64,000 bases of DNA from Candidatus Eiseniibacteriota bacterium (GCA_031370785.1 JANMQY010000092.1:8115-72114); one strand, 5' to 3'. Shown: positions 20,665-30,815, counted from the stretch's first letter. Notes: generated from the letters alone by a model not told the origin. Made by a program: numbers and translations.

Positions 20665-21290
20665 CCTCCGGCACATCGTCCGACCTGCAGGAATCCGCCA
20701 GAGTCGAAGCGTTCAGTGACGGCGTGTTCGCGATCGCGATCACGCTGCTCATCCTCGAGCTGAAGGTGCCGCATCCGGGCGAAGCGCCGCTCGGGTCGAG
20801 GCTCGTCGCCCAGTGGCCGTCGTACGCGGCGTACCTGACGAGCTTCGCGACGATCGGCATCATGTGGCTCAACCATCACCGGGTGTTCCAGCTCATCCGC
20901 CGGGTGGACCACAGTCTGCTGGTCATCAACGGCCTGCTGCTTCTGGGAGTGTCGATCGTGCCATACCCGACCGCACTGATGGCGGCCTATCTAGGGGCTC
21001 CGGGGGAGACGCTGGCCGCACTCGTTTACTCGGGGACCTACGTCTACATCGCGATCGCATTCAACTGGCTATGGCGCTACGCATCTTCGCCGAAGCGAAG
21101 TCCGTCGCTACTGCGCGTGGCCCACGACGGGCCCGAAGTGCTTGCGATCCACGCGCAGTATCGGTTCGGGCCGCTCTTCTATGTTGCGTCGTTTCTGCTG
21201 TCGTGGTGGAACGCGAGCGCCGCCATGGCTCTCAACATGGCGTTCGCGCTGTTCTTTGCGATTCCGCCGCGGAAGGTGACGAAGATCTGA
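20661..21290 (+). CDS. TMEM175-family potassium channel (DUF1211)
   Basis: RVEAFSDGVFAIAITLL, WLNHH, PYPT; ATGA overlap with the upstream stop. Confidence 0.9.
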   Translation: MTSGTSSDLQESARVEAFSDGVFAIAITLLILELKVPHPGEAPLGSRLVAQWPSYAAYLTSFATIGIMWLNHHRVFQLIRRVDHSLLVINGLLLLGVSIVPYPTALMAAYLGAPGETLAALVYSGTYVYIAIAFNWLWRYASSPKRSPSLLRVAHDGPEVLAIHAQYRFGPLFYVASFLLSWWNASAAMALNMAFALFFAIPPRKVTKI

Positions 21291-21303
21291 AGCGCTGAAG
21301 CGT

Positions 21304-22158
21304 TCAGATCACGTCGAGCACGGGCACGCTGCGCATCACGTCGGCCGCCACGGCCGACTCGTAGAGCCGCGCGAGCGCGCGGCGCCCGAGCTCGCCCATG
21401 TCGAGCGTGAGATCGTTCACGTACATGCGCACGAACCTGCGTCCCTGTCCGGTGTCGAGCCCGCGCCCGAAGCGGAGCGCGTAGGCGAGCGCCTCATCCT
21501 CGTGTGCGTGCGCGGCCTCGATGCTCGAGCGGAAGCCCCGGCTCACCGCGCGCATCAGCTCGGGTCCCAGGTCGCGCCGCACGACATCGAGGCCGAGCGG
21601 CACCGGCAGCCCGTCGCGCTGCTGCCACAGCTCGCCAAAATCCACGATCTTGGTCAGGCCTTCCTCACGGTAGGTGATCTGACTCTCGTGGATGATCACT
21701 CCCGCATCCACTTCCCCCTCGAGGACCGCCTGCGGAATCCGGTCGAACATGACTTCGACCGGGATGGATTCGGGGCATTCGATCCGGAGCAGCAGCGCCG
21801 CGGTGGTCAGCAGCCCCGGGATCGCGACCCGCTTCCCGCGCAGCGAGGCGAGATCGCGCGCCTCGCGCGCCACCACCACCGGTCCGTAGCCGAAGCCCAT
21901 CGAGGCTCCGCACGAGAGCACCGCGTAGCGATCGAGCAGGTGGGCGTAGGCATGGGCCGAGACCGCGGTGATCTCGAGATCGCCCTGCTCGATCGCGCGC
22001 CGGTTGAGACTCTGAATGTCCTCGAGCACATGCTCGACCTGACAGCCGTCGATGCGCGCGAGCCCGGTGTGAAATCCGTAGAACATGTACGCGTCGTCGG
22101 CGTCCGGGCTGTGTCCGAAGCGCAGTGTGCGCTGTCCCGCGGCGGAAGTGGTGCTCAT
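21304..22158 (-). CDS. mqnD: 1,4-dihydroxy-6-naphthoate synthase
   Basis: GHSPDADDAYMFY, DIQSLN, ASMGFGYGP, IIHE, LPVPLG, MYVN. Confidence 0.92.
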   Translation of the reverse strand: MSTTSAAGQRTLRFGHSPDADDAYMFYGFHTGLARIDGCQVEHVLEDIQSLNRRAIEQGDLEITAVSAHAYAHLLDRYAVLSCGASMGFGYGPVVVAREARDLASLRGKRVAIPGLLTTAALLLRIECPESIPVEVMFDRIPQAVLEGEVDAGVIIHESQITYREEGLTKIVDFGELWQQRDGLPVPLGLDVVRRDLGPELMRAVSRGFRSSIEAAHAHEDEALAYALRFGRGLDTGQGRRFVRMYVNDLTLDMGELGRRALARLYESAVAADVMRSVPVLDVI

Positions 22159-22505
22159 GTGCCTTGCTCCCGATCGGAGGTTGTGGCGAGCAGCGCCTCG
22201 AGCCGCGCGAGCGCGCGCGGCCAGGCGGAACCATACTTCGCGGCTGTGGCTTCGTACTCGGGCCGCGAGGGAAACGAGTGCCGGACGGCGAGCGCGGTAC
22301 CTTCGCCGCTCGACTCGAGCGCGTATTCGACCACGCGAGCCTCGCTCGCGGCGCGGTCGCAGAACCAGCGCGTGAGAAGCGCGGATTCGGTCAGCGCTGC
22401 GAACACGCGTGGCATCGGTGCGACGATCTCGACGTCGAACACCAGACTGGTCAGGGGCCCGGTGACGGACTCGACTGCCGCGCGGCGCGGCGCGAAGGCG
22501 CTCAT
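22155..22505 (-). CDS. SRPBCC/AHSA1-family protein, apparently internally shortened
   Basis: IVAPMPRVFAALT...RWF, GTALAVRH, WPRALARLEA; overlaps both neighbours by ATGA. Confidence 0.65.
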   Translation of the reverse strand: MSAFAPRRAAVESVTGPLTSLVFDVEIVAPMPRVFAALTESALLTRWFCDRAASEARVVEYALESSGEGTALAVRHSFPSRPEYEATAAKYGSAWPRALARLEALLATTSDREQGT

Positions 22506-23626
22506 GAAGCGCGGCGGTCGGCGCGCTCGGTCGCGAGCTGCCAGATGTGCGATCGCAGGTCGACCAGCCCTTCGCCGGTGCGCGCCGAAACCACGAGGCA
22601 GCCCGGGAACTCGACGCGCAGGCCCTGGGTGACCGCGCCATCCACGAACACGTCGGCCTTGTTGAAGACGATGAGCGTGGGGCGCGGGCCGGGCAGGATC
22701 TCCTCGAGCACACCCTCGACCGCGAGCATCTGGCGGCGGAAGTCGGGATCGGCGCCGTCGACCACGTGCACCAGCAGATCGGCCTCGACCACCTCGGTCA
22801 GAGTGCTGCGGAACGACGCGACCAGATGGTGCGGCAGCTTGCGGATGAAGCCCACCGTATCGGTCAGCAGCGCGACCCGGCGCTCCGGACTCACCATCTG
22901 GCGTGTGGTCGCATCGAGCGTGGCGAACAGGCGATTCTCCACGAACACGTCGGAGTGGGTGAGGGTGTTGAACAGCGTGCTCTTGCCCGCGTTGGTGTAG
23001 CCCACCAGCGCCGCGCGGAATTCGCGGCGGCGGCGCCGGCGCTGGGTCTCGCGCTCGCGCTCGACTCCGGTGAGCTCGCGCGTGAGATGCGCGATCTTCT
23101 CCCGCACGCGCCGGCGGTCGACTTCGAGCTGGGTTTCGCCGGGTCCGCGCGTTCCGATGCCGCCGGCCTGACGCTCGAGGTGCTTCCACATGCCGGTCAG
23201 CCGCGGCAGCGTGTACTCGAGCTGAGCGAGCTCGACCTGCAGACGCGACTCCCGGGTGCGGGCGCGGCGCGCGAAGATGTCGAGAATCAATTCGCTCCGG
23301 TCCACCACCTTCATGTCGAGCGCCTTCTCGAGATTGCGCACCTGCGGCGGAGACAGGTCGTCGTTGAAGATCGCGACGTCGGCCTGCAAGTCGAGCGCCA
23401 TCGCCTTCAGCTCGTCGAGCTTGCCCTTGCCGATGAAGTGCGCAGGATGCACCGTGCCGCGGCGCTGCACCATGGTGGCCTGCGGTTTCGCGCCCGCGGT
23501 GTCGGCGAGCCGCGCCAGCTCCTCCATCGAGCGGTCGAGATCGCGCCCGTCGCGCCCAGCATGCCCGACCAGGATCGCGCGCTCGCGCTGCGGCGGCCGC
23601 GGAACTTCGTGGGAGCGCTTCTTCAA
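22502..23626 (-). CDS. hflX: GTPase HflX
   Basis: LILDIFARRA, GPGETQLE, GYTNAGKST, LFATLD, DTVGF, NKAD; TTG start overlapping the upstream TGA. Confidence 0.97.
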   Translation of the reverse strand: MKKRSHEVPRPPQRERAILVGHAGRDGRDLDRSMEELARLADTAGAKPQATMVQRRGTVHPAHFIGKGKLDELKAMALDLQADVAIFNDDLSPPQVRNLEKALDMKVVDRSELILDIFARRARTRESRLQVELAQLEYTLPRLTGMWKHLERQAGGIGTRGPGETQLEVDRRRVREKIAHLTRELTGVERERETQRRRRRREFRAALVGYTNAGKSTLFNTLTHSDVFVENRLFATLDATTRQMVSPERRVALLTDTVGFIRKLPHHLVASFRSTLTEVVEADLLVHVVDGADPDFRRQMLAVEGVLEEILPGPRPTLIVFNKADVFVDGAVTQGLRVEFPGCLVVSARTGEGLVDLRSHIWQLATERADRRAS

Positions 23627-24843
23627 CCGCGCGGCTCGATCACGAGGTCGTAGGGCGCCGGAGTCAGGTTCTCGAAGGTGCCGTCCGGGCGCACCACCAC
23701 CAGGTCCTCGATGCGCACTCCGAGCTGCTGCGACGGATAATAGAGACCGGGCTCGACCGTGATCACCATCCCCGGGGCGAGCGTCTGGGTGTTGCTCGGG
23801 GGCCCGCCGAGGCGCGGCGCCTCGTGCACCGCGAGCCCGACGCCATGCCCGAGGCCGTGCACGTAGCCTTCCTGCGCGCTCTCGTTGGTGCGCAGCGTGG
23901 GGTGTCCGCGCTTTTCGAACAGCGCGCACACGTCCTCCTGATAGCTGCGGCACGGAGCGCCGAGCTTGAGACCGTCCATCGCGAGGCGGAACGCGTCGTG
24001 CACGTCGTCGTACAGCTTCGCGAGCGGCGCCGGCGCGGGGCCGAGGCAGAAAGTGCGCGTCAGATCGCTGTGGTAGCCCCCGCCCGCCTCCCCGGGGAAG
24101 ATGTCGATGAGCAGCGGCGCGCCCGCCCGCAGCGGCTCCGAGTCGTTGCCGCGGTTGTGCGGAACGCCGGCATCCCGGCCCTGCGAGACGATGCTCTCAC
24201 CGTCTTCGCCGAGTCCGTGCTCGAGGAACACGCGCTGGATGAGACGGCGCACGTCGCCCAGCGTCGCGGGGCCTTTGCCATTCACGAAGCCGCTGCCGCT
24301 CGCGCGCAGCGAGCCCAAGTACTCGCGCACCCGCTCGATCGCCTCGACCGTGCCGCGCGCCGCGCGGCGGATCGCATCGATCTCGGCTTCGTCCTTGGTG
24401 GTGCGCGCCTCGGCCAGCAGATCGGGCTGAGTGCGGTCCACCGCGAGCGCCGGGTTCACCTGCAGCGCGCGCTCGAGGATCTGATACGCGGTGCCGAGCG
24501 CGGTGTCGCCGTAGAAGGCGATCGGGCCGTTCATCCCGAGCGTGGCGCAGGTCTGGGCGATCAGGCGCCCGAGGCCGCGCGCCGAGCTGCCCTCCTCGGC
24601 GGTCAGGCGGTTGAGACCGTGCTGGGGAAATCCGGAGTGATCGCAACCGGCGAGCGCTGCCTGGTCACGCTCCATCGGATCGTGAATCAGGTGTGCGCGC
24701 CCGTCGGTGCCGCGAAAGTAGATTCCATGATGAAGTTTCTGGCCGATCGCGTAGTGCATGGCCGGGCTGTAGCGGTCGTGCGCCAGCACGACCATGCCGG
24801 CGAGGCCGCGCTCACGCATCAGTCGGTCGAGATCGCTGCGCAA
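23623..24843 (-). CDS. Xaa-Pro aminopeptidase (M24 family)
   Basis: PHNRG, IDIFP, YHSDLTRT, HGLGHGVGLAVHE, TVEPGLY, GVRIED. Confidence 0.92.
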   Translation of the reverse strand: MRSDLDRLMRERGLAGMVVLAHDRYSPAMHYAIGQKLHHGIYFRGTDGRAHLIHDPMERDQAALAGCDHSGFPQHGLNRLTAEEGSSARGLGRLIAQTCATLGMNGPIAFYGDTALGTAYQILERALQVNPALAVDRTQPDLLAEARTTKDEAEIDAIRRAARGTVEAIERVREYLGSLRASGSGFVNGKGPATLGDVRRLIQRVFLEHGLGEDGESIVSQGRDAGVPHNRGNDSEPLRAGAPLLIDIFPGEAGGGYHSDLTRTFCLGPAPAPLAKLYDDVHDAFRLAMDGLKLGAPCRSYQEDVCALFEKRGHPTLRTNESAQEGYVHGLGHGVGLAVHEAPRLGGPPSNTQTLAPGMVITVEPGLYYPSQQLGVRIEDLVVVRPDGTFENLTPAPYDLVIEPRG

Positions 24844-24962
24844 GACACCCTCCTGTGAATCGAACTCGGGGCTCAGGTGTGGATCGGGGCGAGGATTTTA
24901 GACCATCGCGGTCGGTCGGGAAAGGCGGCGCGAACGGCGCGCCGGCCGTCGGCGCGAATGCA

Positions 24963-25643
24963 TCATACCCAGCCGCGAGGGCGTTCCCGTGCGATGTGGA
25001 TGCGCATCACCGCGTATCCGAACGCGAAGCCGCCGAAGTGCGCCCACCAGGCGACTCCAGCGCTCGATCCTCCCAGGGTCAGGGCGCCGCTCACGAACTG
25101 GAAGAGGAACCAGAAACCGAGCAGCACGAAAGCCGGCAGGGCCACCACCTGGAAGAACGGGAACAGCGGCAGCAGGGTCACGACGCGCGCCCGCGGGTAA
25201 GCCGCGGCGTACGCGCCGAGCACGCCGGCGATCGCGCCGCTCGCGCCCACGGTGGGCAGGCGCGATTCGTACGCAATCAGCGAGTGCAGCAGGCCGGCGG
25301 CGATTCCCGACGCGAAGTAGAAAAGCAGAAAAGTGAAGTGACCGAGCCGGTCTTCGACGTTGTCGCCGAAGATCCACAGGTACCAGAGATTTCCGATGAG
25401 GTGCATCCAGCCGCCGTGGAGGAACATCGACGTGACCAGCGTGAGCGCCGGCGCGAAGATCGGCTCGTTGCCCTGAAGGGCGAGGGTGAGGCGCAGCGGA
25501 ATCAGGCTGTAGGCCGCGAACAGGCCGCCCAGGTCGCGACCCAGCGCCAGCTCATAGAGGAACGCGGCGATGTTGAGGGCGATCAGGGCGCGGGTCACGA
25601 CCGGAACGGTCAGGGATGGATTTTCGTCGCGCAGCGGGAACAT
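24963..25643 (-). CDS. Rhomboid intramembrane serine protease
   Basis: SMFLHGGWMHLIGN, GASGAIAG (Ser), WWAHFGG (His). Confidence 0.95.
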   Translation of the reverse strand: MFPLRDENPSLTVPVVTRALIALNIAAFLYELALGRDLGGLFAAYSLIPLRLTLALQGNEPIFAPALTLVTSMFLHGGWMHLIGNLWYLWIFGDNVEDRLGHFTFLLFYFASGIAAGLLHSLIAYESRLPTVGASGAIAGVLGAYAAAYPRARVVTLLPLFPFFQVVALPAFVLLGFWFLFQFVSGALTLGGSSAGVAWWAHFGGFAFGYAVMRIHIARERPRGWV

Positions 25644-25698
25644 CGGGTGATCGGGTTCTCCGGATCCGGGGCCCGCGCGAGGCGCCAAGGAGAGGCGC

Positions 25699-25728
25699 TT
25701 GACGCTCTCGGGGACGCCTACCTATCCT
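25699..25728 (+). promoter_or_regulatory. Sigma-70-like promoter of trxA
   Basis: TTGACG-N18-TATCCT. Confidence 0.55.
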
Positions 25729-25827
25729 GCCGCGGCTCTAGAAGACGTCGCGCATCGCTCGGTTCCTCCGGACATCCGAAGGAAGCCGCAGCCGTGGATA
25801 ATAGGGGAGTATCGAGGGGGAAGCGCC

Positions 25828-26151
25828 ATGGGAAACGCAGTCGTAGTCAGCAGTCAGACATTCGAATCCGAAGTTCTCAAATCCCCGGTCCCCGTGCTGG
25901 TGGATTTCTGGGCTCCCTGGTGCGGACCGTGTCGGGCGGTGGGCCCGGTGGTGGATCAGATCGCCGCCGAATACGCCGGCAAGCTCAAGGTGGTCAAGGT
26001 CAACACCGACGAGAACGAGGCGGTTTCGATCCAGTACCAGGTCATGAGCATCCCGACCCTGATCCTGTTCAAGGACGGGACGGCGGTCGAGCGCATCGTC
26101 GGCGCGCATCCGAAGCAGTCGCTGCTGGCCAAGGTCACCCCGCACCTGTAG
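25828..26151 (+). CDS. trxA: Thioredoxin
   Basis: [16 protein letters not shown]. Confidence 0.97.
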   Translation: MGNAVVVSSQTFESEVLKSPVPVLVDFWAPWCGPCRAVGPVVDQIAAEYAGKLKVVKVNTDENEAVSIQYQVMSIPTLILFKDGTAVERIVGAHPKQSLLAKVTPHL

Positions 26152-26154
26152 TCG

Positions 26155-26201
26155 AGCCCGGCTCACCGGAAACTGCAGCACACCACCCGGTGAGCCGGGC
26201 T
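26155..26201. terminator. Perfect 15-bp inverted repeat between convergent trxA and nnr
   Basis: AGCCCGGCTCACCGG-N17-CCGGTGAGCCGGGCT. Confidence 0.55.
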
Positions 26202-26222
26202 GTTGGTGGCGGACTCCGCGGC

Positions 26223-27836
26223 TCAACGCGCCAGACGGCGCCGCTCGATGCTGAATTGCCGCGCCGGCCTGTCGCGGCCGCGCGAGAGCTCACGGAACGC
26301 GGCCGGCAGCGACTCGATGATGTCCCCGGCGGTGAGACCCATCTGACCCGCGCTCGCCGCCCGCAGGTCCCCGGCCAGCCCGTGTGCGTAGGCGCCCAGG
26401 CGTGCCGCATCGTAGGGTTCGACCCCTTGCGCGATCAGCGCGGCGATCGCGCCCGAAAGGGCGTCGCCAGCGCCGGCGGTCGCCATCCCCGGATTGCCGG
26501 TCGGATTGATCGTGGCGCGGCCGTCGGGATGCGCGACCACGGTCGGCGCGCCCTTCAGCAGCACGACCACGCCCCACTTCGCGGCGTAAGTGCGCGCCGA
26601 GTCGATCCTCGTCGCCTCGAGCGATCCGGCGCTCTCGGCGGTGAGCCTCGCCATCTCCCCGAGGTGCGGCGTCAGCACGCGCGGTCCGCCCGCCTTGCGC
26701 AACTCGCCGGCGGTGCCCTCGAAAGCGTTGAGCCCGTCGGCATCGAGCACCACCGGTAGCTCGAGCTCAAGGGCGAGCGAGCGCGCCAGATCCTGCGTCT
26801 CGGGATCGCGCCCGAGTCCCGGCCCCAGCACCGCCGCGTGAGCGGAGCGCGCGCGCTCGATCGCCAGCGGCAACGCACTGCGGGCGATCCCGCCCGAGGC
26901 GGTCCCGGGCGCGGGGAGGAACATCTCCTCGGTGAGCCGTGCCTGGATCACGTCGTGGAACCGCTCGGCGGCCATCACCTGCACGTAGCCGGCGCCCGAG
27001 CGGCTGGCCGCCCGCGCCACCAGCACCACCGATCCGGTGAGCCCGAGCGAAGCGCCGATCACGAGCACGCGGCCGGCCGTGCCCTTGTGCGCGCGCGGAT
27101 CGCGCACCGGAAGCAGCGCCGCTAGCCCCGAGACGGTGGCCAGCTCCACCTTGAAGTCGGGATCATCGGTGGGCGGCGCGACCAGCCCAATGTCGATGAC
27201 CTCGAGCGCTCCGGTGAATGCGCGCGCCGGATAGAGCAGGTGTGCGCGCTTGGGATGGCCGAAGGTCACGGTCAGGTCGGCGCGCACCGCGCGGCGCGCG
27301 ATCGCGCCGCTGTCGGCATCGACGCCGGTGGGCAGATCCACCGCCACGACGTGCGTGCCGGCGTCGTCCAGATCGCGCAGAGCCTGAACACCCGCCGCGA
27401 TCATGCCTTCGGGTGCGCCGCGCGCGCCGGTGCCGAGCAGCGCATCGAGCGCGAAGTCCCACCCCGGACGCTCGGCGATCGCGCGCGCCAGCGCCTGCTC
27501 GGAGTCCACGACCGTGGAAGTCACGCGCTCTGCCTCGAGGCGCTCGAGGTGGAGCCTGGCCTCGCCCTTGACGCGATTGCGAGGCGCGAGCAACACCACG
27601 CTCGGCGCCGCGCCGCGCGCCCGCAGGTGCCTTGCGGCGACGAAACCATCGCCTCCATTGTTGCCGGGTCCGCATAGCACCAGCACCCGCAGCCCGAGCA
27701 CCGGGCCGTAGCGCCGCTCCATCGCGAGCACGACGCCGGCACCGGCGCGCTCCATCAGCGCCTCGCCCGAGGCGTGTCCGCCTTCGATGGTCAGGTGTTC
27801 CAGGCGCCGCATCGCCTCGGCGGTGAGAACGAGCAC
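26223..27836 (-). CDS. nnr: Bifunctional NAD(P)H-hydrate epimerase/dehydratase
   Basis: LMERAG, GPGNNGGDG, DALLGTG, AHKG, GPGLG, LDADGLN, TPHLGE, ATAGAGD. Confidence 0.95.
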   Translation of the reverse strand: MLVLTAEAMRRLEHLTIEGGHASGEALMERAGAGVVLAMERRYGPVLGLRVLVLCGPGNNGGDGFVAARHLRARGAAPSVVLLAPRNRVKGEARLHLERLEAERVTSTVVDSEQALARAIAERPGWDFALDALLGTGARGAPEGMIAAGVQALRDLDDAGTHVVAVDLPTGVDADSGAIARRAVRADLTVTFGHPKRAHLLYPARAFTGALEVIDIGLVAPPTDDPDFKVELATVSGLAALLPVRDPRAHKGTAGRVLVIGASLGLTGSVVLVARAASRSGAGYVQVMAAERFHDVIQARLTEEMFLPAPGTASGGIARSALPLAIERARSAHAAVLGPGLGRDPETQDLARSLALELELPVVLDADGLNAFEGTAGELRKAGGPRVLTPHLGEMARLTAESAGSLEATRIDSARTYAAKWGVVVLLKGAPTVVAHPDGRATINPTGNPGMATAGAGDALSGAIAALIAQGVEPYDAARLGAYAHGLAGDLRAASAGQMGLTAGDIIESLPAAFRELSRGRDRPARQFSIERRRLAR

Positions 27837-27838
27837 GG

Positions 27839-28636
27839 TCAGTGCACCGTAAACGGGATCACGAGCCGCGCGTAGAAGCGGGAGGGTTGCCCATCGACCA
27901 CGACCGGCTCGAAGTGGGCGCCGCGCGCAACTTCGAGGGCCGCAGCGTCCAGCTCGGGAATGCTCTTCACGATTCGGGCCTCACGCACCGTCCCGTCCGT
28001 ATCCACGAGCACGAGCACGCGTACCACGCCCTGCACGCCGGCACTGTGCGCCGCCGGCGGATAGCGCAGCTCGACATCGAGGCGCTTGACCGGCGCCGGG
28101 CGGAGCCCTGAGGGCGCGGTTCCGCCCGGCAGCACGGCGTTGAGCGTGTCCGCGAGCAGGGGCGGCTCGGCCGCGACCGGCACCGCCAGGGCGGCGGGCT
28201 CGGGCGTCGGGTTTGCGTCCGGGTCGGGCCGGCGCATGCGCGCGGTCAGATGCTGGGCGTTCGCGGTGAGCGTGACCGAGACCGCGCCGGCCCACTCGCA
28301 CGAGAGGCTCTGCTTCTCGATGCAGCCGCCGCGGTAGCCCGAGCGCCGCATCTGGTCCGCGATGTAGTCGAGCGTATGCGAAGAGGGCGCGGCGACTTCG
28401 AACGCCGCGGCGGCGAGCACGCCGCCCTCGAAGTCGAGCGAGGCGTCGCCCTCGAGCCCGAAGAAGCGCACGCGCGACTGGCGCTGCGCACGACCGCGCG
28501 CATCGGCGGGCGCACCGCGCAGACCGAGCAGCGAGTCGACGGCGCTCAGTCGCTGCCCGAGCCTGAGATTCGTGCCGGGGATCGAAGCCGGCGGCAGGCC
28601 GAGCGCGAGAACAGCCGCCAGCACCAGCACCGTCAC
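27839..28636 (-). CDS. Exported protein with a TonB C-terminal domain
   Basis: N-terminal signal; YPPAAHSAGVQGVVRVLVLVDTDG...LDAAA...IPF. Confidence 0.8.
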   Translation of the reverse strand: MTVLVLAAVLALGLPPASIPGTNLRLGQRLSAVDSLLGLRGAPADARGRAQRQSRVRFFGLEGDASLDFEGGVLAAAAFEVAAPSSHTLDYIADQMRRSGYRGGCIEKQSLSCEWAGAVSVTLTANAQHLTARMRRPDPDANPTPEPAALAVPVAAEPPLLADTLNAVLPGGTAPSGLRPAPVKRLDVELRYPPAAHSAGVQGVVRVLVLVDTDGTVREARIVKSIPELDAAALEVARGAHFEPVVVDGQPSRFYARLVIPFTVH

Positions 28637-28648
28637 GATGGCTCCCGG

Positions 28649-28987
28649 CTAGCGCTTGCGCACACGGCCGCGCGCCTCGGACGTCAGGTCGCGTAGCAGC
28701 CGGGTGCGGTAGTCGGTATCGCGCGTCACGCGGTTCAGCAGATCCGGATCGTTCGAGATGAACGGCAGGTCGAACAGCTCGGGATCGGCTTCCTGTTCGG
28801 CGTAGATCTTCTCCTGCTCGTGTCGCTGGAAGGCGGCCGCCTTCTCGGCTGTCTCGAAGTGACGGCCCTCGAGGAAGTTCTGCTGGAAGACGTCGAAGAT
28901 GTAGACGTGGAACTGGGCGTCGGCAACCGTGCCTTCCGGAACCTGATGCACCTTGATCTTGGCCGCCTTGACCTTGCTCACCGACAT
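28649..28987 (-). CDS. Hypothetical protein, 112 aa
   Basis: Good GC3 codon usage, GGGGAGGA RBS, fits between co-oriented genes. Confidence 0.75.
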   Translation of the reverse strand: MSVSKVKAAKIKVHQVPEGTVADAQFHVYIFDVFQQNFLEGRHFETAEKAAAFQRHEQEKIYAEQEADPELFDLPFISNDPDLLNRVTRDTDYRTRLLRDLTSEARGRVRKR

Positions 28988-29013
28988 GAGTCCTCCCCCT
29001 GTGGAGCGCCGCC

Positions 29014-29754
29014 TCAGCGTGCGGTGCTCGTGGAATCGCCGGCGGCGGGAAGCCCGGCTTCGGGCGTCGTCCCGCGTCCGTTGAGCCGGTCCACGATGTG
29101 GACCAGCTCGATGATGTCGTCGATATCGAAGTCCGCGCCCGACTCCTTCGTGTCGAACGTGTCGCCGTAGCGCGCAAACACCGTCCGCATGCCGAGGCTC
29201 CTGCCTCCAACCACGTCGCGCTCGGCCCAGTCGCCCACCATCAGGGCTTCGGCCGGCTCGACCGCGAGCCGGCGCAGCACCTCGCGGAACGGCGCCGGCC
29301 CGGGCTTGCGCTCGCCGGTGTCATCGAACGTGACCACCGCGTCGAAGTTGTGCTGGAGCGAGAGCTCGCACAGGCGCAGCCAGACCTGCATGCGCGGCGC
29401 GTCCGAAACCACGCCCAGCCGGATGCCCCGACGCGCCAGCTCGAGCATGGTCATCTGGGTGTGCGGGTAGAGCACCAGCGCCGAGGAGCGCGCGCGGCGG
29501 TAGGCCACGATCCCGGAGGCAAGGATCTTGGGATCGATGCGTCCGAACTCGCGTTCGAGCAGCACGTCGAGCACCTGCTGGTATTCGAGTCCGAGTTCCT
29601 TGTAGATCGCGTCGATCCGCTTCCGGATGTCCTCGCGCGGCAGCTCGAGACCGGCGTCGATCATGCCCTCGATCGCGGCTTCCACGGCGTCGCCCTTCAT
29701 GCGCATGAAGTCGACGAGCGTGTTGTCCAGGTCGAAGACGATGGCGCGGATCAC
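29014..29754 (-). CDS. HAD-family hydrolase (subfamily IA, TIGR02253-like)
   Basis: FDLDNTL, VVSD, RKP, MVGDWAERD; GTG start. Confidence 0.9.
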   Translation of the reverse strand: MIRAIVFDLDNTLVDFMRMKGDAVEAAIEGMIDAGLELPREDIRKRIDAIYKELGLEYQQVLDVLLEREFGRIDPKILASGIVAYRRARSSALVLYPHTQMTMLELARRGIRLGVVSDAPRMQVWLRLCELSLQHNFDAVVTFDDTGERKPGPAPFREVLRRLAVEPAEALMVGDWAERDVVGGRSLGMRTVFARYGDTFDTKESGADFDIDDIIELVHIVDRLNGRGTTPEAGLPAAGDSTSTAR

Positions 29755-29770
29755 GGACGCGGGGATTCCG

Positions 29771-29962
29771 TCACTTGGTGGAGAGTCCGATCGCGCGACC
29801 CAGGCTGATCTCGCCATTATCGATGCGCAGATTGAACCCGCAGGCCGGATTGCTGCACACCCAGGCCTTGTAGGTAATCGGCGCTCCGTCGCGTCCGTAG
29901 TCGGACAGGGGCAGAAGAACTCCGTCCTCGCACTTGCGGCACTCGGGAAATTGCAGCTCCAT
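29771..29962 (-). CDS. Small Zn-ribbon protein, 63 aa
   Basis: CRKC...CSNPAC; GGGAGG RBS. Confidence 0.8.
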   Translation of the reverse strand: MELQFPECRKCEDGVLLPLSDYGRDGAPITYKAWVCSNPACGFNLRIDNGEISLGRAIGLSTK

Positions 29963-30089
29963 CCCGCACCCCTCCCTTCGCCCCCGGCCGCGCCCAGCGA
30001 CGGGGCGGCGGAGCTCCGCACCATCTTAGGCGAGCGTTCGGCCCCCGCCAAAGGAAACGAGCGATGCCCGTGACCTCTCGGGTCACAAG

Positions 30090-30815
30090 CTATTTCATCG
30101 CGATTCCGGCGGCCAGCGGCCAGATCGTGGCCGTGCCCAGCGAGACGTGGTCGGGCGCGGTGCAGATCCACGCGACCAGGGAGGCGATGTCGGCCGGCTC
30201 GAGGTTGCGGTCGCGCTCTTCGGAGCCCGGAGCGATCGCGCGACCGGCGGAGTTGATGTTGTGAGGCGCGACGATGCTCACCCGCACGCGCTGAGGCTTG
30301 ACCTCGAGGGCAACCGACTCGAGCAGGCCTCGCAGACCCCACTTGCTGGCCGCGTACGCCGAGGAGCCCGGCTGACCGACGAACGCTCCGAGCGAGGCGA
30401 TGCCCACGACGGTGCCGCGGCGCTGCTTCCTGAGATGGGGCAGTGTGTATTTGAGCGTCAGGAAGGCGCCCTTGAGGTTGAGGTCGTGGAGCAGGTCCCA
30501 CATCTGCTCGGTGGTCTCGGTCAAGGGCGCGCCCTGCCAGGTGCCGGCGTTGAGCACCACGATGTCGAGCTTTCCCCAGCGCTGAATCGCGGCGCCGACC
30601 GCCTTTTCGAGCTGCGTCGCCGAGGTCACGTCGGCGGGGGTGGCGAGCGCGTCGACGCCCTTGCCACGCAGCGCGGCGACCGCGTCGTTCAACTCGGCGC
30701 CATCGCGCGCCACACACGCGATCGAAGCGCCCTCGGCGCCCAGCGTCCTGGCGATCTCGAGGCCGAGCCCGCGGCTCGCGCCGGTGATGAGTGCTACCTG
30801 CTTCTCGAGCTTCAT
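30090..30815 (-). CDS. Short-chain dehydrogenase/reductase
   Basis: TGASRGLG, LNAG, YAASK. Confidence 0.95.
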   Translation of the reverse strand: MKLEKQVALITGASRGLGLEIARTLGAEGASIACVARDGAELNDAVAALRGKGVDALATPADVTSATQLEKAVGAAIQRWGKLDIVVLNAGTWQGAPLTETTEQMWDLLHDLNLKGAFLTLKYTLPHLRKQRRGTVVGIASLGAFVGQPGSSAYAASKWGLRGLLESVALEVKPQRVRVSIVAPHNINSAGRAIAPGSEERDRNLEPADIASLVAWICTAPDHVSLGTATIWPLAAGIAMK

